From positions 17,261 through 81,260 of the IMG/VR virus record IMGVR_UViG_2932604667_000002: a stretch of 64,000 bases of DNA. The stretch is one strand, 5' to 3'. Of the stretch, positions 1-9,005 are shown piece after piece; position 1 is the first letter of the stretch; each line of letters starts with the position of its first letter. The notes beneath the pieces are model-generated. The model was given only the letters and a program-made list of their open reading frames with translations. It searched no databases and was not told where the DNA came from. The position numbers and the translations under genes are program-made. This DNA is from a virus (taxonomy: Duplodnaviria > Heunggongvirae > Uroviricota > Caudoviricetes).

Positions 1-204
1 GGGGATGCCGGTCGCCCAGCAGATCCAGCGGGCGACGTCGCCGAGGGGGCGGCGCGTGGTGAGCACGTAGACGGCGTGCTTGGCCATCAGAGTCCGGAGC
101 GCCTCATCGGCGCCGGGGACGAGGGTCCCGTAGATCGTGCCGTCGTGCCAGCCGCGCTCGTAGCTGTGCAGGACTCGGTCGAAGTCGACAGCGATGGTCT
201 TCAT
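1..204 (-). CDS. HAD-superfamily hydrolase-like protein (N-terminus only; gene runs off window start)
   Basis: ATG at 204..202 gives MKTIAVDFDRVLHSYERGWHDGTIYGTLVPGADEALRTLMAKHAVYVLTTRR; DxD HAD motif I; ATGA overlap with stop of upstream gene. Confidence 0.5.
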   Translation of the reverse strand, partial: MKTIAVDFDRVLHSYERGWHDGTIYGTLVPGADEALRTLMAKHAVYVLTTRRPLGDVARWICWATGIP

Positions 205-479
205 GTGCGGTGCCTTCCTCGGGCCGCGCTGAGGAGGCGGCGCCAGGACGCCTGGGCCTGCCCGCCGGGCCAGTCAGGATGTGCTTCGTCGGCGACCTGG
301 CTCCAGACGAGGGCGTGGCAGAGGGTGCAGGTCTCGAACCAGGAGTCCGGGTGGCTGCACACGGTGTGGTAGCCGCGCGTCCAGCAGTAGGGGCGCAGCA
401 GGGCCAGGGCGGGCTCAGCGAGGCCGGCGCTGAGGTTGCGGAGCCAGTCCGGCAGCGTGCGCCAGGAAAGCGGGATCAT
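201..479 (-). CDS. hypothetical Cys-containing protein (92 aa)
   Basis: ORF in the dominant minus coding frame; stop overlaps next ATG; no clear SD. Confidence 0.4.
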   Translation of the reverse strand: MIPLSWRTLPDWLRNLSAGLAEPALALLRPYCWTRGYHTVCSHPDSWFETCTLCHALVWSQVADEAHPDWPGGQAQASWRRLLSAARGRHRT

Positions 480-505
480 GCGGTCACGGTGTCTCAGGTC
501 GGTGG

Positions 506-796
506 TTAGGGTCTCGGCTTGGAGGAGGCCATCTGCCGGCCGCGGTGAAGCTGGTCGAGGATCATGTCGGTGACCACGCCGACGGTCGTGATCTGGAGCT
601 GGTGGAGATATTCCACGGCCCTGCGTTCCGCGGGGCTGATGTCGGCTCGGAGGGCGGCGCTGGTGGCGGTCGATTCGAGCCAGCCGCGCAGGGTGTCGGC
701 GACGAGGCGGTGCGCGAGCGGCGTGCCGTGGACGTCGTGCTGTGCCGGGTCGGCGTGGTTCATGTCTGGGCTCAGTCGAGGAGGCGCTCCAGCCAT
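506..796 (-). CDS. hypothetical protein (96 aa; alt. ATG 763)
   Basis: minus-strand ORF, start uncertain. Confidence 0.4.
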   Translation of the reverse strand: MAGAPPRLSPDMNHADPAQHDVHGTPLAHRLVADTLRGWLESTATSAALRADISPAERRAVEYLHQLQITTVGVVTDMILDQLHRGRQMASSKPRP

Positions 797-1362
797 GCCC
801 GCTGGATCCGTGTGGCGTGGGCCTGGACGAGCTGCGTCAGCTCCGGCGGGGCGAGCTTGCGGAGCTTGGCGTCGATGCCGTCGGCGTCTCGGCGCCCCCA
901 GAACATCTCTGGCGCTTCGGCTCCGCGGGTGAGTACGGCCACGTAGACGCGGTCGTCGGCGTCCATGCAGATGATGACGCGCCGCTCCTGCCGTTCAGGG
1001 TGGGTGTCGAGCATCCTCGCCTCCGTCAGGCGCTCGGCCTCGGCGCGCTGCTCGGGCGTCGGGTCGTTGTAGGGCAGGTGCCAGAACTCCATGTCCATGG
1101 CGATGGCGTACACGTCGCGGGACTTTTCGAGCTCGCCGTCGATGAAGCGACGCACCGCATATTGGAAGGCGTCTTCCGGCACGGCGAGCATGCCTATGGC
1201 GATCGCGACCTTGTCGTCGTCGGGGTCGCGGTGGAACAGGATGACCCCGGGTGGGGTGTCCCAACCACCATCGTTGATCAGGTTGGTGATGGTGCGTTGG
1301 ATCTGCTCAGCGGCCGGATCCATCAGCGGTACAGCCTGTGCAGGTTCGCTCACGTGGCGCAT
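772..1362 (-). CDS. hypothetical protein (196 aa)
   Basis: clean ORF; degenerate promoter core GTACTGGTATCTAG (1363-1380) abuts the start, possible leaderless transcript. Confidence 0.5.
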   Translation of the reverse strand: MRHVSEPAQAVPLMDPAAEQIQRTITNLINDGGWDTPPGVILFHRDPDDDKVAIAIGMLAVPEDAFQYAVRRFIDGELEKSRDVYAIAMDMEFWHLPYNDPTPEQRAEAERLTEARMLDTHPERQERRVIICMDADDRVYVAVLTRGAEAPEMFWGRRDADGIDAKLRKLAPPELTQLVQAHATRIQRAWLERLLD

Positions 1363-1380
1363 AGTACTGGTATCTAGCTG
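1363..1380 (-). promoter_or_regulatory. degenerate promoter core without hairpin
   Basis: GTACTGGTATCTAGCTGG abutting ATG of 772..1362. Confidence 0.35.
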
Positions 1381-1411
1381 GGGTGGTCGTGGACTTCGCC
1401 CGGCGAGTCCG

Positions 1412-1588
1412 TCATGCGTTCACCTTGTCGTCGGCGCGTTTCTGGGCCATCAGCCACGCCTGTGACCGGAGCCGGGCTTCCCGTTCCCGCTGCTTGCCGT
1501 AGTGGGCCGCCAGCGTGAGCAGGACCAGCAGCGTCACTACGAGGCCCATCGGCAGCAGCACCATGTGCAGAGGTAGTTCGTCGCGCAT
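1412..1588 (-). CDS. small membrane protein (59 aa)
   Basis: ATG 1588 with AAGGAGA SD; single TM helix; downstream of cassette at 1783. Confidence 0.5.
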   Translation of the reverse strand: MRDELPLHMVLLPMGLVVTLLVLLTLAAHYGKQREREARLRSQAWLMAQKRADDKVNA

Positions 1589-1782
1589 CTTGGCTGTTCT
1601 CCTTGTCCGGGAATGAGTACGGCCCCCACCCGAATGCGGGTGAGGGCCGGTGTAGTCAGTCAATCGCGGCCGCGCGCTCATGTAGGACGATGAGCCACTG
1701 GCTGGGGTTGGTCACAGGAACTCCTTCGAGGGTGGTTGAGCCGCGGCAGCCTGGTGACTGCGTGCGGGTTTCCTCGTCCGGC

Positions 1783-1835
1783 GGGTTCGCTCTCCCAACA
1801 CCTCCGTCATAGCGCCGGTATTTAGCGTAGACAGG
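1783..1835 (-). promoter_or_regulatory. promoter/leader-hairpin cassette, variant (loop TTCGCTCT; core GCCGGTATTTAGCG)
   Basis: GGGTTCGCTCTCCCAACACC ... GCCGGTATTTAGCG. Confidence 0.5.
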
Positions 1836-1986
1836 AGGGTAGCGCGGAGGGCCGGGGATGGTCCTGAGCGACACGTTCCGAGGCCACCGACGAGGAAGGC
1901 CCCGCGCATGGCGGGGCCTTCGGACGGTCCGTGCTACGGGACGTGATCCACTTTACCGCGGGCGGTTATGCCTGCATATAGGTGGA

Positions 1987-2107
1987 TCAGTCCTCGTCGT
2001 CGCCCAGGTCGGTGTGCTCCGGGAGCGGGGTGGTCTCGACGCTGACGACGGTCTGGTGGACGACGGTGGTCTGCTGACCGACGGGGCCGTAGTTGTTGAC
2101 CTGCACG
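1987..2107 (-). CDS. small acidic protein (40 aa, GTG start)
   Basis: GTG preceded by AAGGAGAAG SD. Confidence 0.35.
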
Positions 2108-2168
2108 TGCTTCTCCTTCGTGTATGGGATGGGTCGGCCCGGCCTGGCGCCGGGTCGTGGGGGAGTGG

Positions 2169-2456
2169 TCAGAGCCGCTTGAGCGGCATGTACTGGGGAG
2201 AGGTCTCCAGGAACTTCAGGCACAGCGCCGCCGTCCACGGCGTGGAGCTGGTGGCCTCGCGGTCCTCCTCGGTGACGCCGAGGACCGTGGCCCACCAGCG
2301 TCCGGCCGGAGGGCAATCCGCGTGCTGCCCGGTGGTGTCGCAGTCGGCGTAGCCGGTCTCCATGACATGGACGTCCACGCCGTGCATCCGCAAGACGTCG
2401 TTGGTGTGGACGTCGGCGGGCGGGACGTGGGCGTACGCCTCGCTGGTGCTCATCAT
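2169..2456 (-). CDS. hypothetical protein (95 aa)
   Basis: ATG 2456, AGGAGA SD directly after leader hairpin of cassette 2474. Confidence 0.55.
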   Translation of the reverse strand: MMSTSEAYAHVPPADVHTNDVLRMHGVDVHVMETGYADCDTTGQHADCPPAGRWWATVLGVTEEDREATSSTPWTAALCLKFLETSPQYMPLKRL

Positions 2457-2473
2457 GGGTCTCCTGTTGTCGC

Positions 2474-2525
2474 GGGGTCGCTCTCCCCAACACCGTCGAA
2501 AGTACCGGTATCTAGTCGGCAAATC
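2474..2525 (-). promoter_or_regulatory. promoter/leader-hairpin cassette (stem GGGG/CCCC)
   Basis: GGGGTCGCTCTCCCCAACACC-N8-GTACCGGTATCTAG. Confidence 0.6.
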
Positions 2526-2806
2526 AAGGAGTCTGCCCTCGCCGCTGCAGGGGCATCCTGTCGGCCTCCGCGCGGGCCGTTCCGACCCCACCGCACGCCT
2601 GACAGAAGTCGCGCTCGCCGTTGCAGGTCTGGCACGGCTCCTCGTCGAGGTCGACGCGGATGAGTTCGACGTCGTCGTCCACCTCGAAGTAGGACGCCTG
2701 CGTGCTCCGGTCGACCTGGGCGGCGCGGGCCTTCTGCGCGGCCTCGATCGGGCTGTCGGCGGTGACGTCGATCTCCCAGACGACGCGGTATCCCCTGCTC
2801 ACCTGG
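2524..2806 (-). CDS. zinc-ribbon protein (94 aa)
   Basis: GTG with AGGAGG SD; CQTCNG...CQACGG. Confidence 0.5.
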
Positions 2807-3092
2807 GGTCCTCCTGTTCGTTGGTGGTTGCTGGCCATTCGGCGGCCAGGCGGGCGGCGTACTCCTGCATGCCGAGGATGGTGTCGGCGTGGCAGCAGTC
2901 CTCGCCGCAGCCGGGCATCTCGGCCTGCTCCGCGTCGGTCAGGGCCAGGTCACCGAGCAGGCGCCGGCGGATGTCGTCACGTACCCAGGCCGCGACCAGG
3001 GCAACGAGCTCGGGATCGGTCCCGGCCGGCAGGGCAGCCAGGAGACCGGCGGGGAGGTCCCCGCCGGTCAGCGCAGACGGCTGGACGGTCAC
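2799..3092 (-). CDS. hypothetical protein (97 aa)
   Basis: GTG in GTGA overlap with upstream stop (translational coupling). Confidence 0.45.
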   Translation of the reverse strand: MTVQPSALTGGDLPAGLLAALPAGTDPELVALVAAWVRDDIRRRLLGDLALTDAEQAEMPGCGEDCCHADTILGMQEYAARLAAEWPATTNEQEDPR

Positions 3093-3352
3093 GGCGCGTC
3101 CTGCCAGTCCACGACGGGGAGGCCCGCCGAGATCGGCGCCACGTAGACGTCGCCGCGGCAGTCCACGCGGGCGCATGACTCCTTGATGCGGACCGCGGGT
3201 CGCAGCACCTCCCGGACGAAGGTCACGCCGAGGGTGCCGGGGCCGCGCGGGACGGTCCACCTCTCCACGATGAGGTCGCCGGGCGTGATCTCGAAGATCG
3301 TGGCCAGGCGGTACCGCGGCTGCGGCGGCGCAGTGCAGATGGTGACGGGCAT
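3089..3352 (-). CDS. hypothetical protein (87 aa)
   Basis: ATG 3352 with GGGAGA SD. Confidence 0.5.
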   Translation of the reverse strand: MPVTICTAPPQPRYRLATIFEITPGDLIVERWTVPRGPGTLGVTFVREVLRPAVRIKESCARVDCRGDVYVAPISAGLPVVDWQDAP

Positions 3353-3366
3353 GGCGATCTCCCGTT

Positions 3367-3813
3367 TCAGTTGGTGAGGTCGACGATGACGTAGGCGTAC
3401 TGGTCCTCGGGTCCGTCGGGGCCTTCGGCGACCCAGATCTGCCAGGGCTCGGGCTCGCCGTAGGGGCCGCCGCGTTCGGCGCAGCGCAGGGTGACGGGCT
3501 CGACCTGGCCGTCGGCGATCCACCGCCACAGCTTCAGGCCCGCCGTACCACGGTCGCCTTTGACGTGGCGGCGCGTAACGGCGTGCAGGCCGGTCAGGTC
3601 GAGCACCTGGACGTCGTGGGGGTGGGTCCCGATGGCCATCAGGAAGCGGATGCCGGTCCCCTTGTCGCAGACGAACTCCGCCTTGGCCTCCTTGGGGCCG
3701 TCGTAGGTGGCCAGGCTCATGCAGTCGTGGCCCTCGCAGTAGCCGTACCACTGGCGGGGACCGCCGAGGGCTACGAACTCGCAGGGTTCGCTGCTGGTCG
3801 AGGTTGTGGTCAC
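3367..3813 (-). CDS. hypothetical protein (148 aa)
   Basis: GTG 3813 with GGAGGA SD. Confidence 0.55.
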   Translation of the reverse strand: MTTTSTSSEPCEFVALGGPRQWYGYCEGHDCMSLATYDGPKEAKAEFVCDKGTGIRFLMAIGTHPHDVQVLDLTGLHAVTRRHVKGDRGTAGLKLWRWIADGQVEPVTLRCAERGGPYGEPEPWQIWVAEGPDGPEDQYAYVIVDLTN

Positions 3814-3881
3814 GGGTCCTCCATAGGTGTCCGGTGTCGGGAACGGACCGGCCCGGCCGGTTGGCCGGGCCGGTGGGCGGG

Positions 3882-4475
3882 TCAGTCCTCGCCCGGGAAC
3901 TGAATCGTGATGACGGGCTCGAAGTTGTCGCCGGGGCCGATGACCATCTCAAGCGTGACCTGCTTGGCGGTGCGGGACCTGCCGTCGCGGGGGATGCGCG
4001 CCACGGTGAACCGGGACCGGTCGGTGTTCCCGGCGGTCAGGGCGGCTTTGCGGGCCATCCACAGGACGTCCCACAGACGGCCAGACTCGTCCTGGTAGGT
4101 GCGCTGGCAGGTGTCGTCGTCGTCGGTCCAGCGGACGGAGTCGCTCCAGACGGAGGCGGTCATGGCCATGGGGTGACGGAACCCGGCTTCGCGGGCGATG
4201 TTCTCGGGGACCTCCACCAGGGCGCCATCCTCGATCATCTGGGCGCGGGTGAAGACGTGGATGGGCTCGCCGTAGAGGGCGACAAGCTCGGCGGCGTGCT
4301 CCTCGGCGGTGAGGGTGTGCGTCTGGCCGCCGCCGATGTCGTTGCCGTCGGTGGTCCAGAACTCGCCGTCGTCCTCGGGGATGACGGTGCCGGGCGGCGC
4401 CCAGCGCATCATGTCTCCGGTGCCGGAGATGACGCCGTCGATCTGTTCGAGGATCTCGTTGGTGGACTTGGTCAC
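3882..4475 (-). CDS. hypothetical protein (197 aa)
   Basis: first gene after cassette 4492; GGAGG SD 6 nt after hairpin. Confidence 0.6.
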   Translation of the reverse strand: MTKSTNEILEQIDGVISGTGDMMRWAPPGTVIPEDDGEFWTTDGNDIGGGQTHTLTAEEHAAELVALYGEPIHVFTRAQMIEDGALVEVPENIAREAGFRHPMAMTASVWSDSVRWTDDDDTCQRTYQDESGRLWDVLWMARKAALTAGNTDRSRFTVARIPRDGRSRTAKQVTLEMVIGPGDNFEPVITIQFPGED

Positions 4476-4491
4476 GTGGGCCTCCTGTCTG

Positions 4492-4550
4492 GGTGTTGGG
4501 TCGCTCTCCCAACACCATTGAATGTACCGGTATTTAAGACCTGTGGCAAT
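4492..4550 (-). promoter_or_regulatory. promoter/leader-hairpin cassette (perfect 9-bp stem)
   Basis: GGTGTTGGG-TCGCTCT-CCCAACACC, GTACCGGTATTTAA, TGGCAA. Confidence 0.65.
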
Positions 4551-4617
4551 GTGGGTGAGCTGGCAGCCCAGCCGGAGAACAGCGCCCCCGTGTGGGTGGG
4601 GGCGCCGCCGGCAAGTG

Positions 4618-5763
4618 CTACTCGCCGCGTGCCTCGCGCTTCCGGCGGGCGATCAGCTCACGCGCCTGCCCGACCGTCAGCCCCTCCGCCAGCGCCTCCG
4701 CCCGGGAGATCCGGCCCTCCACCTTGTCGTACGGCACCGTGTCGGTGTGCATCTTCTCGTGGGCCAGCGCCTTGCACATTTCGACGGTCACGATCGGCCC
4801 GGCGTTGATCCAGTAGTGCGCCCACGGGATGGACACGCTCTTGGCGTTCGCCCGGACCACCTCGACTGCCTCCCCGAAGTAGATGACGAAGTCGCCCTTC
4901 TCGAAGTCGGCCTTGGACCACAGCTTGACGCCGCGCTGCTCGGCCTGGGCCAGGACCTCCCGCCAGTAGCCGAGTTCGTCGTCGATCTGGGCGAGGTCCG
5001 CCTCGCGGCTGGCCTTGTACCCCGGCGACGATGGCACCTTGCACCAGCGGTCGCCGTCGCCGTAGGTGTGGAGCACCCGCGCGCCCTCGGGCAACTCCTC
5101 ACCCGCGTGGACGGTGCGCTCCCAGCCGTCCTCCAGCACGCGGACGATGCGCCGCCGGTCGGCCTCCAGCTTCTCGATACGCCGGCGCGTGGTGCCCGGG
5201 TCCTCGCGGTGCCGCTGGTAGTTCTCGGCCGCCTGGGCACGGCCCGCCCAGTACTTGCCCTTCTTCGTCTCCTCGATGGCCTTGCCGTCCTGAGTGTGCG
5301 CCCAGTCGATCAGACGGCGGTGCCTGCGCTCGCTGTGGTGGCCGACGAGGATCGGCTGCCCCAGCGGAATGTGGCTCAGTCGCTCACGGGTGCGATCCCA
5401 GCGCGCGTTCCCGGCGGCGGTGTTGCGGTCGGCGCGCTCGCCGTACCGGTCGGCACGCTCCTCCGCCCGTTCGTTGCGGTCAGCCTCGGCCTCCGCGAAC
5501 GACCGGCCGAGGGTGACGTTGTCGATGTCGACCTCGACGGTGAATCCGGCGTCTCGGAGCGCCTGGGCGGCCCGGTCGATCGTCCACCGGTCAGCGGCCT
5601 TGTCGCGGGAGTTGCGGATGTAGAGGCCGACGTGGCGGGAGAATCGGAACCCGCGGGTGCGGACGATCTCCCACACTCCGTCCCCCTTCCGGCTGCCCTC
5701 GACGAGCGTGCCTTCCTCGCGGGTGTGGACGATCCGGATCGTCTGGCTGTTGGTGCTGGTCAC
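4618..5763 (-). CDS. hypothetical protein (381 aa), Arg/Glu-rich central region
   Basis: first gene after cassette 5780; long clean ORF. Confidence 0.6.
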   Translation of the reverse strand: MTSTNSQTIRIVHTREEGTLVEGSRKGDGVWEIVRTRGFRFSRHVGLYIRNSRDKAADRWTIDRAAQALRDAGFTVEVDIDNVTLGRSFAEAEADRNERAEERADRYGERADRNTAAGNARWDRTRERLSHIPLGQPILVGHHSERRHRRLIDWAHTQDGKAIEETKKGKYWAGRAQAAENYQRHREDPGTTRRRIEKLEADRRRIVRVLEDGWERTVHAGEELPEGARVLHTYGDGDRWCKVPSSPGYKASREADLAQIDDELGYWREVLAQAEQRGVKLWSKADFEKGDFVIYFGEAVEVVRANAKSVSIPWAHYWINAGPIVTVEMCKALAHEKMHTDTVPYDKVEGRISRAEALAEGLTVGQARELIARRKREARGE

Positions 5764-5779
5764 GTGGGTCTCCTGTCTG

Positions 5780-5840
5780 GGTGTTGGGTCGCTCTCCCAA
5801 CACCCCTCGAACGTTCCGGTATTTAAGAGCTATGGAAATG
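5780..5840 (-). promoter_or_regulatory. promoter/leader-hairpin cassette (perfect 9-bp stem)
   Basis: GGTGTTGGG-TCGCTCT-CCCAACACC, GTTCCGGTATTTAA. Confidence 0.65.
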
Positions 5841-5844
5841 GCGT

Positions 5845-6369
5845 CTAGCTGGCAGCCCAGCCGAAGAACAGCCAGCCCGTGTGCGTGGGGGCGCCGCCGG
5901 TCAGGGTGACGTACAGGGTGCCGGACAGGATCCGCTGCGGCTTCCTGACCCGGGCGTAGGGGGAGGAAGCGGGGGACAGCTCGTAGCTCCCGGCGGTGTA
6001 CTCCTTGACCTGCTCACCGTCCCGGAGCTGGCCGGCGACGGCGGCCTCGGCCGCCGCCTCGACGCTCTCGTAGCCGCCGGGGGTCTCCGGGATGGTGACG
6101 GTGACGGTGCGCTCGCTGGTGAGGACCGGGATCGCGCCGGCGCGGCCGCGGCGGGCGATCCGGGGGTCGTCCAGCAGGGTGTCAGCGAGCTGGTGGGCGT
6201 CGTCGAGGGGCATCGGGTCGCGCCGCATGACGATGTAGCCGTCGGTGGTGGAGATGGTGCCGTTGTAGGGGCTGGTGCCGTACTCGGCTTCGGCGTTGGC
6301 GACGGCTGCGCGGTAGGCGGTGGCGACGCGGGTTCCTTCGCCGATGGCGGAGAAGTTGTGTGCGCCCAT
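5845..6369 (-). CDS. hypothetical protein (174 aa)
   Basis: first gene after cassette 6388. Confidence 0.55.
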   Translation of the reverse strand: MGAHNFSAIGEGTRVATAYRAAVANAEAEYGTSPYNGTISTTDGYIVMRRDPMPLDDAHQLADTLLDDPRIARRGRAGAIPVLTSERTVTVTIPETPGGYESVEAAAEAAVAGQLRDGEQVKEYTAGSYELSPASSPYARVRKPQRILSGTLYVTLTGGAPTHTGWLFFGWAAS

Positions 6370-6387
6370 GCTGGTTCTCCTGTCTGG

Positions 6388-6445
6388 TGGGTCGCTCTCC
6401 CAACACCCCTAATAGTACCGGTATTTAACTCGCTTGGCGCTAGCT
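6388..6445 (-). promoter_or_regulatory. promoter/leader-hairpin cassette
   Basis: GGGTCGCTCTCCCAACACC, GTACCGGTATTTAA, TGGCGCTAGCTGG. Confidence 0.65.
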
Positions 6446-6922
6446 GGCGACCGCCAGGATGAAGTTCGCGACGTCCTTCAGCGCCTCCGCCGACCCGTAC
6501 GCGGTCACCTGGTAGTAGGTACGGCCCATGTCCTGCCCGGTCTCGGCGAGCGACACGACCGCGCCGGCCGATCTGGCGCGGTTCACCATCGCCCCGAGCT
6601 CCGACCGGTGGCGCCAGCCGCACAGCAGTGGCAGGTCGAACTCGCACCGAGCGGCCGGGTCGGTCCGGGCGAGGGTGACGATCTCTCTGAGCGCCTCGAA
6701 GATCTGATCATTGGTCATGGCTGGGTCTCCTTGGGATGGTTGTGAGTGCGCAGTGCAGGTCAGGTCGCCGACGGCGTCGGCTGCCCAGCCGCCGGCGACG
6801 GCCTGGTCCTCAGCGTCGTACTCGTCGGCAGGCGGGGCGGGGTGGGGGAAGGCGGTACCGCACCAGGCGCAGACGGCCTGGTGGGTGGATGCGCCTTTGA
6901 AGGTGTAGGAGACGACGCTCAC
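6440..6922 (-). CDS. hypothetical protein (160 aa; alternative ATG 6718 gives 92 aa)
   Basis: GTG 6922 in GTGA overlap with upstream stop; strong AAGGAGA SD before internal ATG 6718. Confidence 0.45.
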   Translation of the reverse strand: MSVVSYTFKGASTHQAVCAWCGTAFPHPAPPADEYDAEDQAVAGGWAADAVGDLTCTAHSQPSQGDPAMTNDQIFEALREIVTLARTDPAARCEFDLPLLCGWRHRSELGAMVNRARSAGAVVSLAETGQDMGRTYYQVTAYGSAEALKDVANFILAVAS

Positions 6923-7143
6923 GGCCGCATCTCGTGCAGGTCCTCGGCCTGCTCCTCGGCGTACAGGTAGGCCGCCAGGGCGCGGTCCGCGTCCTCGTCG
7001 GAGCCGCTGGTGCTCTCCCAGGCCAGTCGCCGGCGGGCGCGGTCGGCGTCCTCTTCGGCTTCCCGGCGGATCGCGTCGTAGTCGTACCGGCAGGGGCACT
7101 CGCTGGTCTCGTCGCAGGCGGAGTGGTCGGCGGTGACGTCCAT
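6919..7143 (-). CDS. small acidic Cys-containing protein (74 aa)
   Basis: first gene after cassette 7162. Confidence 0.5.
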   Translation of the reverse strand: MDVTADHSACDETSECPCRYDYDAIRREAEEDADRARRRLAWESTSGSDEDADRALAAYLYAEEQAEDLHEMRP

Positions 7144-7161
7144 GGTGGTCTCCTCGGTGGT

Positions 7162-7236
7162 GGTCGGGTCGCTCTCCCAACACCCCTAATGGTACCGGTA
7201 TCAAACTGGCCTGGCGCTAGCTGCGCCAGGCCAGTT
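7162..7236 (-). promoter_or_regulatory. promoter/leader-hairpin cassette; -35 region embedded in 29-bp palindrome
   Basis: core GTACCGGTATCAAA; CTGGCCTGGCGC-TAGCT-GCGCCAGGCCAG. Confidence 0.6.
7206..7234 (-). terminator. hairpin terminator overlapping cassette -35
   Basis: 29-bp perfect palindrome then TTTGATA on coding strand. Confidence 0.45.
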
Positions 7237-7247
7237 TTCGAGGTTCG

Positions 7248-7721
7248 TCAGGCCGCGGAGTATCCGAGGGCCGCCGCCCGGTGCTCGACCAGGTGGTCGA
7301 GGATGCGCGCGGTGGCCGCCCGCCGGTTGGGCGTCTGGGCCAGCATGTCCGCGTACAGCTCGACCGGGACGACGTCCGGGTCCGGGACGCTGAGAACCTC
7401 CGTGGCCGACCAGGGGCTCCCCTGGAGAGCGGAGGCCGCCGCCAGAACGGCCTGGGTCTCCCGTGCCGCCTTCGTCGGGGGGTTGTGTACCTCGGATAGG
7501 ACCCACTGCTCCGGGGAGGTGGCGGCCTCGACCTGGAGGAACGCGCCAGGCGACGCCCAGGCGCACCAGCCGCTCCCCACGACTGCGGGGAGGATCCTGC
7601 CGAGGGTCCGGAAGGTGTCGACCTTGACGACCCACCAGCCCCCGCCGGCCCGCTGCACGTAGTGGATCCCGACGGAGACGGTTCCCTTCCCGCTGGGGTT
7701 CGGGATGCTGAACGTCGTCAT
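7248..7721 (-). CDS. hypothetical protein (157 aa)
   Basis: ATG shares A with upstream TGA. Confidence 0.5.
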   Translation of the reverse strand: MTTFSIPNPSGKGTVSVGIHYVQRAGGGWWVVKVDTFRTLGRILPAVVGSGWCAWASPGAFLQVEAATSPEQWVLSEVHNPPTKAARETQAVLAAASALQGSPWSATEVLSVPDPDVVPVELYADMLAQTPNRRAATARILDHLVEHRAAALGYSAA

Positions 7722-7933
7722 CAGACCTCCTGCTGGGGCGGGGTGGCGGTGGCTGAGTCCTCAGCCTGGATGGTCTTCCAGGTGGCCGTGGCGAGGTTCA
7801 GCATCACCTGGACCTCTGGGGTGCTGGCCCATTCGGTGCCTTGCAGGCGGACGAGGTCGGCGCTGAACCCGGCGGCGAACCGGATCAGGGCTTCGGCTTG
7901 GGCCTCGGTGAGGCCGAAGGGCGGGTAGGTCAT
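7721..7933 (-). CDS. small protein, MTYPPFGLTE family (70 aa); paralog of 8583..8909
   Basis: GGAGG SD; N-terminal 25 aa near-identical to paralog. Confidence 0.55.
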   Translation of the reverse strand: MTYPPFGLTEAQAEALIRFAAGFSADLVRLQGTEWASTPEVQVMLNLATATWKTIQAEDSATATPPQQEV

Positions 7934-7994
7934 GGGGCCTCCGGTTGAGTTCGCGGGGTCTTGACGCGGTACTGCTCGCTGGGGCGGCTCGTCA

Positions 7995-8279
7995 TCAGAT
8001 CTCCTGTCGTGCGCAGGACTGGAGCATGGCCAGGGTGCCCTTCCAGGTGCCCAGCCGGTCCCCGCTCCTGTCGTAGTGGATGAAGCCGTGCGCGAACCGC
8101 AGATAGCCGCTGTCAGGGTTCGCCTTGAAGTGGACCTCGATGAGCTCGCCGTGTCCAGAGCAGTCGAGCATCACCGTGCCGTCGATGTCCGTGTGGTCGG
8201 CCTCGCGGACGGTGTAGCCCAGGTCTACGGCGGCCGTCGTGGCGGCCTCCAGGCTGGCCCGGGGATCCTTCGACGGCAC
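7995..8279 (-). CDS. hypothetical protein (94 aa, GTG)
   Basis: GTG 2 nt after upstream stop. Confidence 0.4.
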   Translation of the reverse strand: MPSKDPRASLEAATTAAVDLGYTVREADHTDIDGTVMLDCSGHGELIEVHFKANPDSGYLRFAHGFIHYDRSGDRLGTWKGTLAMLQSCARQEI

Positions 8280-8280
8280 G

Positions 8281-8586
8281 TCAGGCCATCTGCCGGTCGA
8301 CCCGCTCGGCGGGCCGGTCCGGGTGCGGGTAGAGCGGCGTCTCATTGATATCCCAGCCGTGCAGGGCCAGGACGACGCCGAGGACGATCCACACCTGGCG
8401 GCGGTCGCTGGCCGAGGTGCCGACGTAGTACTCGTAGAAGCCGTCGTGGAGACGGTGCTGGCCGGGCTGGACCGCGCCGACGCCCCAGTGGTTCGCCACC
8501 CAGCGCAGGGCGTTCTCCTTGGTGGGCTCGGCGCGGATGACGCCGTCGTCCATGTTGACGACGTACCAGGCGGCCATGTTCGTCAT
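8281..8586 (-). CDS. hypothetical protein (101 aa)
   Basis: ATGA overlap. Confidence 0.5.
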   Translation of the reverse strand: MTNMAAWYVVNMDDGVIRAEPTKENALRWVANHWGVGAVQPGQHRLHDGFYEYYVGTSASDRRQVWIVLGVVLALHGWDINETPLYPHPDRPAERVDRQMA

Positions 8587-8909
8587 CGGGCCGGACCTCT
8601 CTGTGCGGGGCGGCGGACCAGGTCGAGGGCGTCGGCCTCGGGGGTCCTGGTCCGCGCCTGCTGGGGCGGGGTGGCGGTGGCCGGTTCGCCGGTCTCGATG
8701 GTCTCGATGGTCTTCCAGGTGACTGCACCCAGCTTCAGCACCTCCATGCCGTCGGAGAACGACTCGATGGTCGCCCAGGCGGCATCGCTCAGTTCTCCGT
8801 TCCAGGATTCGGAGCGGCACGAGCTGAGTGCTTCGTCGCCGAACGCGGCGGCGAACCGGATCAGGGTTTCGGCCTCGGGCTCGGTGAGGCCGAAGGGTGG
8901 ATAGGTCAT
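8583..8909 (-). CDS. small protein, MTYPPFGLTE family (108 aa)
   Basis: first gene after cassette 8926; paralog of 7721..7933. Confidence 0.55.
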   Translation of the reverse strand: MTYPPFGLTEPEAETLIRFAAAFGDEALSSCRSESWNGELSDAAWATIESFSDGMEVLKLGAVTWKTIETIETGEPATATPPQQARTRTPEADALDLVRRPAQRGPAR

Positions 8910-8925
8910 GGGACCTCCTGTAGTA

Positions 8926-9000
8926 GGTCGGGTCGCTCTCCCAACGACACCGATGGTACCGGTATTGAGCTGGCCCTGGCGCTGGGTGCGCCAGGGCCAG
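8926..9000 (-). promoter_or_regulatory. promoter/leader-hairpin cassette; -35 region in 31-bp palindrome
   Basis: core GTACCGGTATTGAG; CTGGCCCTGGCGC-TGGGT-GCGCCAGGGCCAG. Confidence 0.6.
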
Positions 9001-9005
9001 GACTG

